Origin: Leucoraja ocellata
Lineage: Eukaryota
Direction: 5' to 3'
NCBI GenBank assembly: GCA_036785375.1
Contig: JAWMAR010000118.1
Location: 5,456,001-5,520,000 of the forward strand
DNA: 64,000 nt
The translations under genes and the position numbers were made by a program. Positions 39,078 to 51,382 of the stretch are shown here, piece after piece. The notes under the pieces were generated by a model. The model did no database searches and was not told the DNA's origin. It saw only the letters and a program-made list of their open reading frames with translations. Numbering within the stretch: the first letter of the stretch is position 1; the number at the start of each line of letters is the position of its first letter.

Positions 39078-40044
39078 TTAATTCAATGTAACATTAGCAA
39101 ATTTGCAGATGACACAAAGCTGGGTGATAGTGTGGACTGTGAGGAGGATGCTATGAGAATGCAGGGTGACATGGACAGGTTGGGTGAGTGGGCGGATGCA
39201 TGGCAGATGCAGTTTAATGTGGATAAATGTGAGCTTATCCACTTTGGTAGCAAAAACAGGAAGGCAGATTACTATCTAAATGGTGTCAAGTTGGGAAAAG
39301 GGGAAGTACAACGGGATCTGGGATCCTTGTTCATTAGTCAATGAAAGTAAGCATGCAGGTACAGCAGGCAGTGAAGAAAGCGAATGGCATGTTGGTCTTT
39401 ATAACAAGAGGAGTTGAGTATAGGTGCAAAGAGGTCCTTCTGCAGTTTTATAGGGCCCCAGTGAAACCACACCTGGAGTAATGTGTGCAGTTTTTGTCCC
39501 CTAATTTGAGGAAGGACATTCTTGCTATTGAGGGAGTGCAGCGTAGGTTTACCAGGTTAATTCCCAGGATGGCGGGACTGTCATATGCTGTGAGAATGGA
39601 GTGGCTAGGCTTGTATACTCTGGAATTTAGAAGGATAAGAGGGAATCTTATTGAAACATATAAGATTATTAAGGGTTTGGACACGATAGAGACCGAAAGC
39701 ATGTTCCCGATGTTGGCGGAGTCCAGAATCAGGGGCCACAGTTTAAGAATAAGGGGTAAGCTATTTAAAACGGAGATGAGGAAACACTTTTTCTCACAGA
39801 GAGTTGCGAGTCCGTGGAATTCTCTGCCTCAGAGAGTGGTGGAGGCAGAGAATTCTGAGATTCCAGAGGTTCTCTGGATACTTTCAAGAGAGAGCTAGTT
39901 AGGGCTCTTAAAGATAGCGGAGTCAGGGGATATGGAGAGAAGGCAGGAATGGGGTACTGATTGGGGATGATCAGCCATGATCACATTGAATGGCGGTGCT
40001 GGCTCGAAGGGCCGAATGGCCTACTCCTGCACCTATTGTCTATT
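39078..40044 (+). mobile_element. 5'-truncated CR1/HER1-like LINE (RT C-terminus and 3' UTR)
   Basis: SKFADDTKLG, WADAWQMQFNVDKC, IEGVQRRFTRLIP, RGHSLRIRG...WNSLP; tail ending ctattgtctattg. Confidence 0.95.
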
Positions 40045-40047
40045 GCC

Positions 40048-40266
40048 TAAAATGCTGGAAATACTCAGCAGGTCAGGCCACATCTGTGGAAAGAAATAAT
40101 AAAGGTAATATTTCAGGAATAAAATCCTTCCTCACCCTTGTTCTGATGAAAGGTCATTCACCAGGAACATTAACATTGTCTCTCTTCCACTGATGCAGCC
40201 TAAACAGCTGAATGATTTTTAGGGTTTTCTGTTTTTTCTTAAATTTTGGGTTTCCAGCATCTCCAG
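40048..40266. mobile_element. Older Penelope-derived fold-back element
   Basis: aatgctggaaatactcagcaggtcagg left arm; CTGATGAAAGGT at 40143; right arm ending ccagcatctccag. Confidence 0.7.
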
Positions 40267-40517
40267 TTTTTCATTGGATTTTCACTTACATGATGCAAAT
40301 TGACGGTTTTCTCATGAGGAAGGTTGTCAGTGGTCTGAATCTGCACATTGACGACTTCTCAGAGGAAGATGCAGTAACCTGCTGACACTCCATCATTATT
40401 TCAATATCAAGAACCAGGGCTGAGCTAGTTTACAGTCTCCCGGCCATAGGTCCCTTCAACCTTATTCTTTTCCTTGCTCTCTGTGCTCTCATTAAAGTGT
40501 AGTGCGTGAATTGAGGG

Positions 40518-41266
40518 TGGCATGAGAGGAATGGATCGGGTAGATGCACAGAGTCTCTTGCCCATAGTAGGGGAATCAAGAACCAGGCTTAAGGTGAGGG
40601 ATGAAACACTTAATAGGAATCTGAGGGGTAGCTTTTTCACGCAAACGGTGGTATGGAATGAACTGCCGGAGGAGGTAGTTGACGCAAAGTTTAAGAAACA
40701 TTTAGACAGGTACACTTTTAGAGAGATACTAGACCAAGTGCAGACCCGTTGGGTCTGCTCCCCCAATGGTGTGATCCCCCGACCCAATATTGCACCATGC
40801 ACCCGTCTCCTCCAACGGAACTGAACCCGTTCCTAAATGTAAGATTCCAGCACTCCCCTGCCTCCCTCAGCAGTGGATTGAAAAAAAATTCCAATTGCAC
40901 CTTCCCTGCCTGCTGCAGCAGTTCCAATTGCAATACCAATTGGCCCTCCCCCTCCTGTTGAAGCACTTGCTGTGATATCCCATTGAGGTGAAAAGTTCAG
41001 AGTGTTCCTGTCTTGCAACTTTGTTTTGAAGTGTGTTGGAAGCTGATAGGAAGGAGCAGCGAATCAAAAGGCAGCCGGATGCCAGGCGGCAGGCGGCAGC
41101 CGGATGCCAGGCGGCAGGCGGCAGCCACACAGTTTTAATATATAATAGATAGATGGGCCAAATGCAGGCAGGTGTCGTGTAGATGGTACATGTTTTCCGG
41201 TGTGGTAAAGTTGGGCTGAAGGGCCTGTTTCCATGCTGTTAGGCTCTATGACTCTATTACTCTATG
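40518..41266 (+). mobile_element. CR1 3' fragment hosting a Helitron insertion
   Basis: MRGMDRVDAQSLLPIVGESRT...WNELPEEVV...FKKHLDRY; tail resumes at 41154 tgggccaaatgcaggc and ends (actctat)n. Confidence 0.85.
40729..41153 (-). mobile_element. Non-autonomous Helitron (425 bp)
   Basis: Minus strand begins TC (41153-41152) and ends CTAG (40732-40729); 8-bp GC-rich hairpin gcagaccc-gtt-gggtctgc at 40740-40758; inserted between A and T without a TSD. Confidence 0.88.
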
Positions 41267-41614
41267 ACATGTCTGTGCTACTTCTGCATAGCATCTCTCT
41301 GCTCTTTCACGAGAACTAGCTGTTCATGTGCAGCATCCTTTCGCTCCTGTGGAACTGTAAGCTGCTCACAGGTAACGGCCTTCTGATCTTTGATGCTGCA
41401 ATCTGCTTTCTCCTGGCATCTCTTTGCTCAATGAAGTCATCAAGCAGCTCGCTGGTGTCTTATTGAGTGTCAAGATGCTTCTGGGTGTCTGGGACCAGAC
41501 CTCTAATGGATCAGAGTGAGACTGCATCGAATCAGCCAAATTGTGTGTGGCTTTCATCTCTGCATTCAGATAGGCACTGAACATGATTGTAGTTGATACC
41601 CAGCAAAGAAGTGT

Positions 41615-41955
41615 GCATGGACAAGGAGCTGCAGATGCTGGAATGATAAGTAACAGTGTTGGAGTAACCCAGTGAGTCAGGCAGCATTTTCGGAGAACAT
41701 GGACAAACAACTTTTCAGGTCGGGAAAGGACACAAAGTGCTGGAATAACTCAGCCGATGAAGCAGCATCTCTGGAAAACAGGAATACACAAAAGGACATA
41801 AAATACTCCCGAGATGTTGTCTAGAGGTGCTGCCTGATCTGCTGAGTTACTCCACGCACTTTCTGTCCTTTTGTGTATTAATCAGCATTGCAATTCCTTG
41901 ATTCTATATTTCAGTTAAGGACCTTTCTTCGGACTCCATCACTTTGTGTTTTAAA
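41615..41955. mobile_element. Nested Penelope-derived short elements
   Basis: Two successive left arms (gctgcagatgctgg..., gacacaaagtgctgg...) and a right arm gctgcctgatctgctgagttactcca. Confidence 0.7.
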
Positions 41956-42418
41956 GAAGTGGAGGTTATTGGGTCTAGAGTGAAGGACATGGCCTCTTGG
42001 CAATGCAGAATCCTCTGTGAGAAATTGTAGACTGTCCTCCAGGTTCTTAACGCCTCTTGCATGAGGCCAGGGCAACTGTCAGATCACTGACCATTTCCAC
42101 CCGTACTTGTGCATCAGCTTTGTCATTAAAGCATCCCAATCATGAACCTCACCTGAATCCGTTCAGGTAGGATGAATGTGTGAGTGCTGATATCAGATTC
42201 CCTGCACCATGCGACAGACTGGAGTCACTGGTGCCTGGTTTATCTTCTTGTGTCCTGCATCCCTCTAACCTTATCTGCTTATACCTTTGTGAGAATGAAA
42301 GAGCAGCATTTCTGTTAGGCTGAACATTACCATGATATGAATTGAGAGATAATCAAGTTTCCTCGAGATCTGGTCTATGGATTTTGTTGTTCTGGAGAAT
42401 ACTGTAACCGCTTTCTGC

Positions 42419-42468
42419 CACATTCTTTAATGTTGACCCCTGACACATTCTTTAATGTTGACCCCTGA
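42419..42468. repeat. Perfect 25-bp tandem duplication
   Basis: cacattctttaatgttgacccctga x2. Confidence 0.95.
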
Positions 42469-43494
42469 TATATCTCATGGCCGGGACCCCCTTCTTCTCA
42501 TGGCCACCAAAGCCTAACATGAATATCACCGAGCCTTCTCCCTTTTGCCTGCAGCCTCACCCTTCACCAGAACTGCCTTGCATGTGTTGCAGTTTAAGGC
42601 TGTGAAGGGGCATGTGCCTTCAAGGGATGTGCCCCTACTCTGTTTTCTTTTGCACTATATAGGAAATAAGGTCCCGTGCAGATCCTGATTTGATGCATTA
42701 ATTCAGGGTGCAATTAGCGAGGCATTATTTCCCTTGGCCGTTATCGGGAATTTTTGCAGGTGATCTAGTTGAGGAGTAGCACCGTAAACAGCATGTGTTT
42801 AGTGCACCAATAAAGGGCGAAATTCAATTTCTAGCATACAAACTTAATCCAATAATAATTGATTGCTTCATTTCAACTTCGACTCCAATTCATGTTGATT
42901 TCCAATCAGAGCCTATGACTGTCAGTAACTTATGAATAGCTTTCACATATCAGCACCAGAATGGTTAAGAAGTCTTTAAACTCTGCTTACTGCTTTATAG
43001 TGGAGAGCCATAGGTCAGAGCAGACCTTACGGTTGTTCTGATTATAGGCTTAAATAATAAATTCCCAAAATACCCAATTTTAAGTCCAAAAAGAATCTTA
43101 TGTTTTGAGTATTAAATAGCTTCAACAGAAGACAACATAGCTTAACTATGTTATTTCCAGACTTTGGTCTTTAAAGTGTTTAAGAGTTTGTGTATTTTTA
43201 GTTGACCCAGGTCAGAGATCTCAAATTAAAGCTTTTGGTTGTATCCGAAGAACAACTGGCAGACACAAATCATATTCCTAACTGCATTTTGCACTTACTG
43301 ACAACAGAGCTCTATTTATCAGTTTTCACAGGAATGTCAGCTCTTCACACCAATGCGTATTTTCTTCTAATATCGAAAACAATGATATATAAATTTAAGA
43401 TCAAGAGTCAAGGGTGTTTTACAGACAAACATATGTCCCGAAACTGAACAATAAAATTCTTACTTGCAGCCAGCACAACAGATATGTAAACATA

Positions 43495-43680
43495 AGTTTA
43501 GCACAAAAAGCTGGAGTAACTCAGCGGGACAGGCAGCATCAGAAGGGTCATTCTTCAGAATGGTCTCGACCCGAAACGTCACCCATTCCTTCTCTCCAGA
43601 AATGCTGCCTGCCCCGCAGAGTTACTCCAGCTTTTTGAGTCCATCTTCGGTTTAAACCAGCATCTGCAGTTCCTTCTTAC
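43495..43680. mobile_element. Penelope-derived fold-back element with 17-bp TSD
   Basis: Inverted arms around gaatggtctcgacccgaaacgtcacc; acagatatgtaaacata at 43478-43494 and 43681-43697. Confidence 0.85.
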
Positions 43681-46600
43681 ACAGATATGTAAACATAGTA
43701 CTCAGAGGTTCCAATGGACTCCCTGAGCATATAAAAAATGACACTTTGCTCGTAACTGGAGCTTCACTTCAGCGAGTGTGAAATTCAAATAAAGCGTGGT
43801 TATTCATTGGTTCTGATTTCACATCTTTTTCTTCCATCTGTCTGTGAATCAGGTGCTAATCCGTGTCCTGAGTAATGTCGGAACTACTGTGACAGCGTGC
43901 ACTTATAACCGTTTTGTATTGCTGCTGAAATGCCGGTATGAAATTCCGTCAATTCACCACAATAGTTTCAAAAGTTAGCAGTGGCTTCTTAATGATTTCA
44001 ATAAATGTAATTATATTTTAAAACCTCTCAAAAAGAGCATGCGTATTTATATCAAAACCATACTACCACATATAGTAACATGAATAATAATATATATATG
44101 TTCATGTGAGCTTTACAAATAATAATTGATTGAATGGATGTAAGGAAAAACTTTAACCAAATACAATAGTTGGCACTTTCAGCAGCTTTTGACTCCCTGC
44201 AAGCCAAGTACATATAATCATACAGTTAACTATAAATATTAGTCCCTTTCATGAAATGTAATTGACTGTTACTTTTGAAGATCACCAGTGGAGTTCCTCT
44301 AATAGGTAATCTCTTAACGTTATTGGAAACAAAGTGATTTTCAGGTTTATTGTGAATCTAGGAATTAAAGCTGCAAAATAAAGTCATCGTTCCCCCTGCG
44401 TCTCACTGAAATAATCGGCAATTTGATGTTTCTCTAAATATAATGCAAAGTCGGCATCTGCCTAGATATAAAATTATGGGACTCTTATAAACTATCAATC
44501 TTGCAGACCTACCCAAATAGAAGAGACTATTTGAATTGCTGTTTCTTGATCAAGAAACACGAAATTGCTTAAATATGTATATTGCTTGAGAAGAATGCAG
44601 GATATGCCCAGCGATGGTAAAAAAAAAAGGCTGACGCACACACGATGGACAAAAAATGGACTTGTGTGAGATACAGGAGCCTGCAAGGACTTTAGATGGA
44701 AATCTGCACTGTCAGGGTGGAACGAAAAGAACACACAATTAGAATCGTCAAGTAAGAGTATTCACATGCACAGTGAAGTTATACAATAAACAGCCTTTGT
44801 CGATAATTACAGTTATAAATACGCGTACTGTTTCAATGCCAGGATTTCGGAATATTAGGAAAACCATTATGTCTTCATTTTTTTTGAAGAGAGGTAACTA
44901 CTTTGATAAAAATGCACATCTTTCTTTGAAAGCTTTTTTTTAAACAGAAACGTTCAATGTTTTAAAAACATATATTTTGCAACTCATAAGTGAGCCTTTG
45001 CATCAATAATGTATTTGCTGGGCATTTTGACATTGTTGAAGGTCAGTAATAATAAGAAATATTGATACAATTCAAAACTTTTGAAAATGCTTATTGCTTA
45101 AGACAATTGCGTTTTGGGCTGGAGCATGAAATTCCATGCATTCTCCCTTGAATTGAATAGACCTGTATAAACGATCGAAAGCATAAAAGGTTAAAGTTAG
45201 AGCACTGTGCAAGAAACTTTAATGGCATTTTCTTGTAGAACACTTATTCAGTGGGTGGAGCATTGGTGACTGCATGAATGCTCTGCAGTTCGGCTGTGAG
45301 TATTGAACTGACAAGCTTTATACGGGATTAACAGAGAAACCCTAGAATTTGAGTGTTGTTTATCATTTTAAAAGAGTCAAATGCAGTAATCTTTATTGTT
45401 GTGGGGGATTAGGGTTAATTTGGATTTGCTTGATCTTTTTCCAGAATTCTCTTATTCTTAATTCTGCAGCCACTGTAATGCCAAAACGCTTCATTGTGTG
45501 ATCTTGTACATTGGCCCTTTCAGTGCATATTGTTATGTGATGCAATCAGGCTCTGTGGTGTACAGATAAATGCCTGTTTAATATTGCAAGCCAAGTTGCA
45601 AAAATAGCTTTTAAATCAAAACTACAGTATGACTTTTCAGATTTGCTGCTAAACCTGAAACTCCTTTTTCAGGGCAGATACCTTTTCATTCTGGTCGATT
45701 GGAGCTGCTTGAGCTGTTTATACAGTGGTCTCTCTATATTTATCCCATTGTACAATGGTTGCACTCATTGAATTGAACTGGCGAGAAACAACTTACGTTG
45801 GCCAAACTTATGAAAGACAATTTAATTGTATTACTTTAAATGAAAAATTGAACAGATTGAAAAATATTAATAATCTGAGAGGCATTATTTTGTGTTTTTT
45901 ATTTCAATTGTTGCTTGTTTTCTATATTTTCCTGCAATGTTGTATATTGATGGAGCTTCTGTGATCATGAAAAATCATAACTCAAACAACTTAATGCTGG
46001 CAAGGTAAACAACAGTGGTTTTTCTGTGGACTGATGTGGTCCTCTCCCCTTATCCATCTTCGTACAAAGTTTATTTTTTAATATCTTTCCCTGTAAACAT
46101 TTATCTTAAAAATGATTAATTATATAAATATTAATCGCTGATCAAACAATTCTGGCTTTGAAATAACAAATTAATTCAAGTATTTAATTTTTTTACATAC
46201 ACTTTAGATAAGTTTAAAAAAATCGTAAATTGAATTTATACCAGGAGTCAATCGATAAATTAAAAAAAAAAATTAAATGGTCTACATTACGGTTAAAATT
46301 TGGCCTGACTTACCATCATTTCCTCTTTGATGTGTGATCCATCAAGTTAACCATGAATGGCAAATAAAGGAATGTTTTGCTTCCAGTACATTAAGAGTTC
46401 ATGTTGCACCTTTCAAACCTGTTTCACCTTTCTCAGTCATGCCCAAATCTCTATTGACAATACAAACATTGGCTGCTGTTTGGGAGCTCTTGATTATTGA
46501 CCCAAAGGTTACAGGAAGGTGCCAAGGTAGTTTTAACATCTAGTGCCAAAGAAGGAGGGCATTTCTCCACACTTGAGGTCACGTCCATAAACCAGAGAGA

Positions 46601-46800
46601 ATAGTTTAGCAACCGCAGCCAACAAATTGGAGCCCATGAAATCTTATTGCCCACGATGTACAAGTATTTTCTAAAGAAAAAGTGTTTTTGATTGCTGAAG
46701 CCAGGTACTGGGCAATAGTTTGCAACATATCAGTGGGTAATTAGGAAATTATGTGTACATATTTGTTTGCCTGGACATATTGTAAATCTAAGAGACCTAA

Positions 46801-47322
46801 AGTGCCTGTCCCACTTGGGCGACCTAATCCGCGAGTTCTGGCGACTTTGCCCTCGACTCATACTCGCTACATGGTCGACACAAGGTCATAGGAGGTCTTC
46901 GTAACTCTCCTTCATGCTCGAGAGTGGTCTCCGCGTACTCAAGGCCTCAGCTAGGTTGCGGCGTTTTTTTCAATATGTTAATAAATGCCTGCGAGTTAAC
47001 AAAAGGTCGCTATAGCAAAAATCAATACTCGTAGGTTTAGTCGTAGTAGGTCGTAGTAGGTCGGCATGTTAGTCATAGGTAATCCAGGGTAGTCGAAGGT
47101 AGTCATAGATAGTCTTCATCATAGTTGAAGGGAGGTCGAAAGAGATCGAAGGAGGTCGTCTTCATTCTCCACTATTCGGTGTCCAATTTTCCCGAAGTTA
47201 GTCGTAGCTAGTCGAAGCTGGTGTTCAACATAGTCGAAGGAGGTCTCCTACATAGTCGAAGGAGGTCTTCAACATGTCATTTTTTCAAACTCTGCTAAAC
47301 TCGCCCAAGTGGGACAGCCCCT
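46801..47322. mobile_element. Non-autonomous PIF/Harbinger-type element
   Basis: TAA|AGTGCCTGTCCCACTTGGGCGA ... TCGCCCAAGTGGGACAGCCCCT|TAA; internal CpG-rich tagtcgaagg/aggtc repeats. Confidence 0.88.
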
Positions 47323-47954
47323 TAATACTGACAGAAGTTAGTCCACAAGCCTCATTCAGGAAAGGTGTTGACTTGACTTCATCACTCTTCGGTCCTCCCA
47401 GATTGGGGAAGTTAGAGTTGGAATAGAGTGTGGGAAGATTGGATAACTGCCCCTCGATCCAGCAGGAAGGGAAAAAAATCAAATTTCTAACACCTTCCTT
47501 TCATTGCATATTAGTATAAGCCGTCCCAGATAATATGTTTTACACCTAGTTTACACCCATATATTGAAGGCAGCCCAAACAAGTTTATGTTATCCCTAGT
47601 ATCCAATGCTTTCACTTACACCAGGAGTTCCCAACTGTAGTTGCAACATAACCAGTTAAAGAAAAAAAATACAAAGTTATCAAACAAGCTACCTTCTAAG
47701 GCCCACATTTAGTCTTGGATATTGGCCACACATCCCACCCCATCCAGTGAAAAACAACACGCTGACTACTCCCAATTGCCCACTCTGTCAGATATCCCAT
47801 CTCTATTCACGCTACATCAATGAAGCACATATAAGCTCAAGGCACAGGAGTGAAGACAGCACTGGCCTAATGTCTTACTGATACCCAGTGATTGAAGACC
47901 ATGATGCACTTCTCTAACTTGTGTTGCTTTCTATGTGCAAGACTGCAGGAGTTC

Positions 47955-48250
47955 CCATGGGGAAGAATGGGGGAGAGAGAAAAGGTGAAGAGTGAAGGCA
48001 GGGAAGCAAGGGGAGGAGGGTGAGAGAAATGTTAAAGAAGCCGATGGGGGAGGAGGGGAGGAAGGAAGAAGGAGCAGGAATAAGTAGAGAGGAAGAAAGG
48101 AGGACGACAAGGAATTGTGAAGGAAGGAAAGAGTAAGGAAAGGAAGATAACTGTGTGGAGATGGACAAAGGAGAGACAGCGAGAGGGACTGGAGATGAGA
48201 GGAGGAAGAGTGAGATAAAAGGGGAAAGAGGAGATAAAGAGAAAAAGGAG
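47955..48250. repeat. Purine-rich (G/A) low-complexity tract
   Basis: About 300 bp almost entirely G and A on the + strand. Confidence 0.85.
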
Positions 48251-48621
48251 TGATTGAACAATCAGACTTTATTTGAAAATGTTCACACTTTAATAATGAC
48301 AACTAATGTTTTTACATTGTTGTTTTGCTTTGGTCAGCATTGTGGTCATGTGAGATTTTAGATATTAAAATTGGATTATAATGAAAGACACTTTGGGGAA
48401 AATCAGTTAAAGGTTTAAGCCCCAGGTCAGGAATATTTTCACATCTATGTTCTTTCCAATTGTTTTGTGCTTATTATTGAGACGAGTTATGCCAAATTTG
48501 AGATCTGGAAATATATTTTTCTCGGATTTGAACATTTCTCAGGTAAGAATTAAATGCCTGAAAAATTAAATTCCTATAATCTGTGTGCCTTAACCCTGAT
48601 TTCATAAACTTCCTCTGATCA

Positions 48622-48900
48622 GAGGTGTAGTGGTACAATTGTAGAGCTGCTGGCTCACCGCACCAGTGACCCTGGTTTGATACTGACTACATGTGCTGTC
48701 TGTGCAATGTTTGTACGTTCTCCCTGTGACCTTGTGGGTTGACTCAAGGTGTGCTGGTTTCCACCCACATCCCAAAAACGTGTAAGTTTGTAAATTTCTC
48801 ATGTGTGTAGGGAGTGCTGAGAAAGTGTGAATGGGTAATCGATGGTCAGTGTGGACTCAGTGGGCCGAAACGTCTGTTTCTATGCTGTAACTTTCAATCA
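48622..48900 (+). mobile_element. HE1-like V-SINE
   Basis: gtagagctgctggctcaccgcaccagtgaccctggtttgatac head, V-domain, gggccgaa tail. Confidence 0.8.
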
Positions 48901-49624
48901 TTAGAGACACAAGATACACCGACATTCTAAATGGTAACAGGCAAGAGATTCATCAGAATGCGGAAGGATCTTTCAGTTTTTCATGGAGACTTTAAGAACA
49001 TCCTCAAAGTGTTTTCTCTGTTCTCCCGGAAATCTCTTGCCATGACGGAGCATGGAGTAGAGTGCTTGTATTAGGCATGTGGATCATATGCCTATGCATT
49101 AGCATGTGTGAGGAAACAGGCCTTATTCCATTTATCTACCTTGCCAATTCATTTCGAGGATTGTACAAAAACAACACTGGCGATATCTCTCCAATTCTTT
49201 GAGGTATCCATTAGAATGTTTAAGGTTTTAGTAATTGCACACCATTTTCCTCAGTCAACTGAAGGCTCTCTGGCACATCGGTGGGACATTGATCAACACT
49301 TAACTGAGAGGTCACTCCTGAGCTATGGAAGTTATCATTGTTTCCCTGTGTCCTAATTATGGACCTTCATTATTGGATGGGGCAGTTGCTCAAGCAGTAA
49401 GCTATTATACCCTTTCACCTGTTTAACTCCTTCCTTTCTTTAATGCAACTGTGCGCAGGTGTCAGTTGAAATTAGGCATCACACAGCAAAAAATGTCAAG
49501 TATCAGGGAAAAATCCTCTTTTATTCTGAAAATAGTGAAAATACAAAACACACTATTCAAAGGAGTTGATGATTTTAAGGTCATAAAAGAGAAGGGAATG
49601 GAATGGAAGGAAATGGTGATGGAT

Positions 49625-50050
49625 TCAGAAAACAACAAACACTCAGCAGGCCATGTAGCCTATGTGAGAAAAAACACATTTCAAATCTGGGGCTCTTCAT
49701 CGGAACTGGGAAGGAGGCAAAGCATGTTAGTTTTCACTAGCAGAGGAGGTGTGGGGGGACTGGTGAGAACAAAGGGAATATCTCTGATAGAGTGACCAAT
49801 TACCTAATTTAGTTCTTATTATATCAAAGATATTCCCTTTGTTCTCTCTGCCCACCCCCTCCCACACTGTTCCTCCAACACTGCCGAACCCTCTCTGCCA
49901 CTGAAAACAAACTTGTTTTCTCTCCCTTCCAGTCCTGATGAAGAATCCCAAAACTGAAACGTCAGTTTCTCTTTCCACAGATGCTGCCGGACTGGCTGAG
50001 CTATTCTTTTAGCATTTTTTCTTTTTATTTCCGATATCCAGCATCTGCAT
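49625..50050. mobile_element. Long, old Penelope-derived inverted-repeat element
   Basis: gagaacaaagggaatatctctgata / tatcaaagatattccctttgttctc inner inverted pair; CTGATGAAG...GAAACGTC at 49935-49963 with a decayed inverted counterpart near 49690. Confidence 0.7.
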
Positions 50051-51059
50051 TTTCTCTTTTATTTTGAAACTGTGATAGAGGTAGGTGAGGAAGGATGGGA
50101 GTGGGGCAATGAACCAGTGGGGCAGAGTGTTTTTCTGTGCTGTACATTTTAAGTAATCGATGTGAAGTTGCATCACCATCAATAGCATTGATCCATAAAT
50201 GAGTGCTCTATATTTAAAGACTCCAGCATATCCTTGGGAGAGTTATATCTGTATTCTGTGCATTTGTATGCAGTGCATAGTAAAATTCCTCAAAACAGAT
50301 TTTTAGATATTCACAGTAACAGCAGTGCTATTTTGTGTTGAAAGTTAAAATCTGTACTCTATTATCTTCATATCTAATTTCACACATAATTTAGATTTTC
50401 TTACTTCAAGAATGTAAGCACAGTGGAGAATTGGTCAACTATTATTGGCCGTTGCCACCTTACATAGATTTTGTATTGTCAGACAAGTGGGGCCTTTGAA
50501 CATATAGTAATGGCCTTGTACATATAGTAATGAGTACAAGGCCATAGGAAAAAAAACATGCAGTTGTATCAGAATGAAGTAAGCTGCCATTTGAAACCAC
50601 TTAAAATGTCAGTGACTACATTAAAGCTACCTAAAAATTGATTTTTATTTTGTACCAGGTGACTTAATAAAACTTTCTTTTCTGCTTTCCTTCTTTCCGC
50701 CTCACATTACAACTGTAAAAAGATTGTCATTTAATACATCCAAAGAAGTTGAAAAGGTTAATTGATTTATTCAATAAATATATACAAGGTGATCCAAGTC
50801 GGAAACTATTGTATTTTCTTCTGTATTCCTTCCTTCCATTAATGGGTGTTATATGTTGTCTTGTCCACGCCCACCCAATTTCACATTCTGCATATCTTTT
50901 TACTGACTTCCATCTGAGTGAAAAACATATTTTGCCTCCAACCATTGATCACAAATTCACCACTGTTATAGAGAATCATGCCATTTATAATAAGTGAAAT
51001 ATCAAAACTATATTTTTAATATATCCTTTCTTCCAAATGTAAAAGCATTTTTGCTTTCA

Positions 51060-51382
51060 CAAATTCACAAGTTATATGAGTAGAATTAGGCCATTCGGCC
51101 CATCGAGTCTACTCTGTCAGTCAATCATGGCTGATCTCTGCCTCCTAATCCAATTTTTCTACTGTCTCCCCATAACCCTTGACACCCGTTCCAATCAATC
51201 ATTTGTTTATATCTGCCTTAAAAATACCCACTGATTTGGCTTCCACAGCCCTCTGTGGCAATGAGTTCCACAGATTAACTACCCTCTGACTAAAAAAAGT
51301 TCCTCCTCACGTCCTTTCTAAAAGAGCGCCATTTAATTCTGAGGCTATGGCCTCTGGTCCTAGACTCTCCCACCAGAGGAAA
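51060..51382 (-). mobile_element. CR1/HER1-like LINE 3' fragment
   Basis: aggccattcggccc tail; gagttccacagatt..accaccctctg; ctggtcctagactctcccac. Confidence 0.85.

Noticed and set aside
47030-47275. Short repeated units with spacers superficially like a CRISPR array
   Set aside because: Eukaryotic DNA; irregular units internal to a TIR element; no cas genes
47914-48302. Ser/Pro/Leu-rich ORFs
   Set aside because: Reverse translation of a purine-rich low-complexity tract
33502-49583. ERRE-like TNAAGGTCA motifs at 33502, 45037 and 49575 suggesting autoregulation
   Set aside because: An 8-base-specified motif is expected about twice by chance over both strands of 64 kb; three hits are uninformative without conservation data
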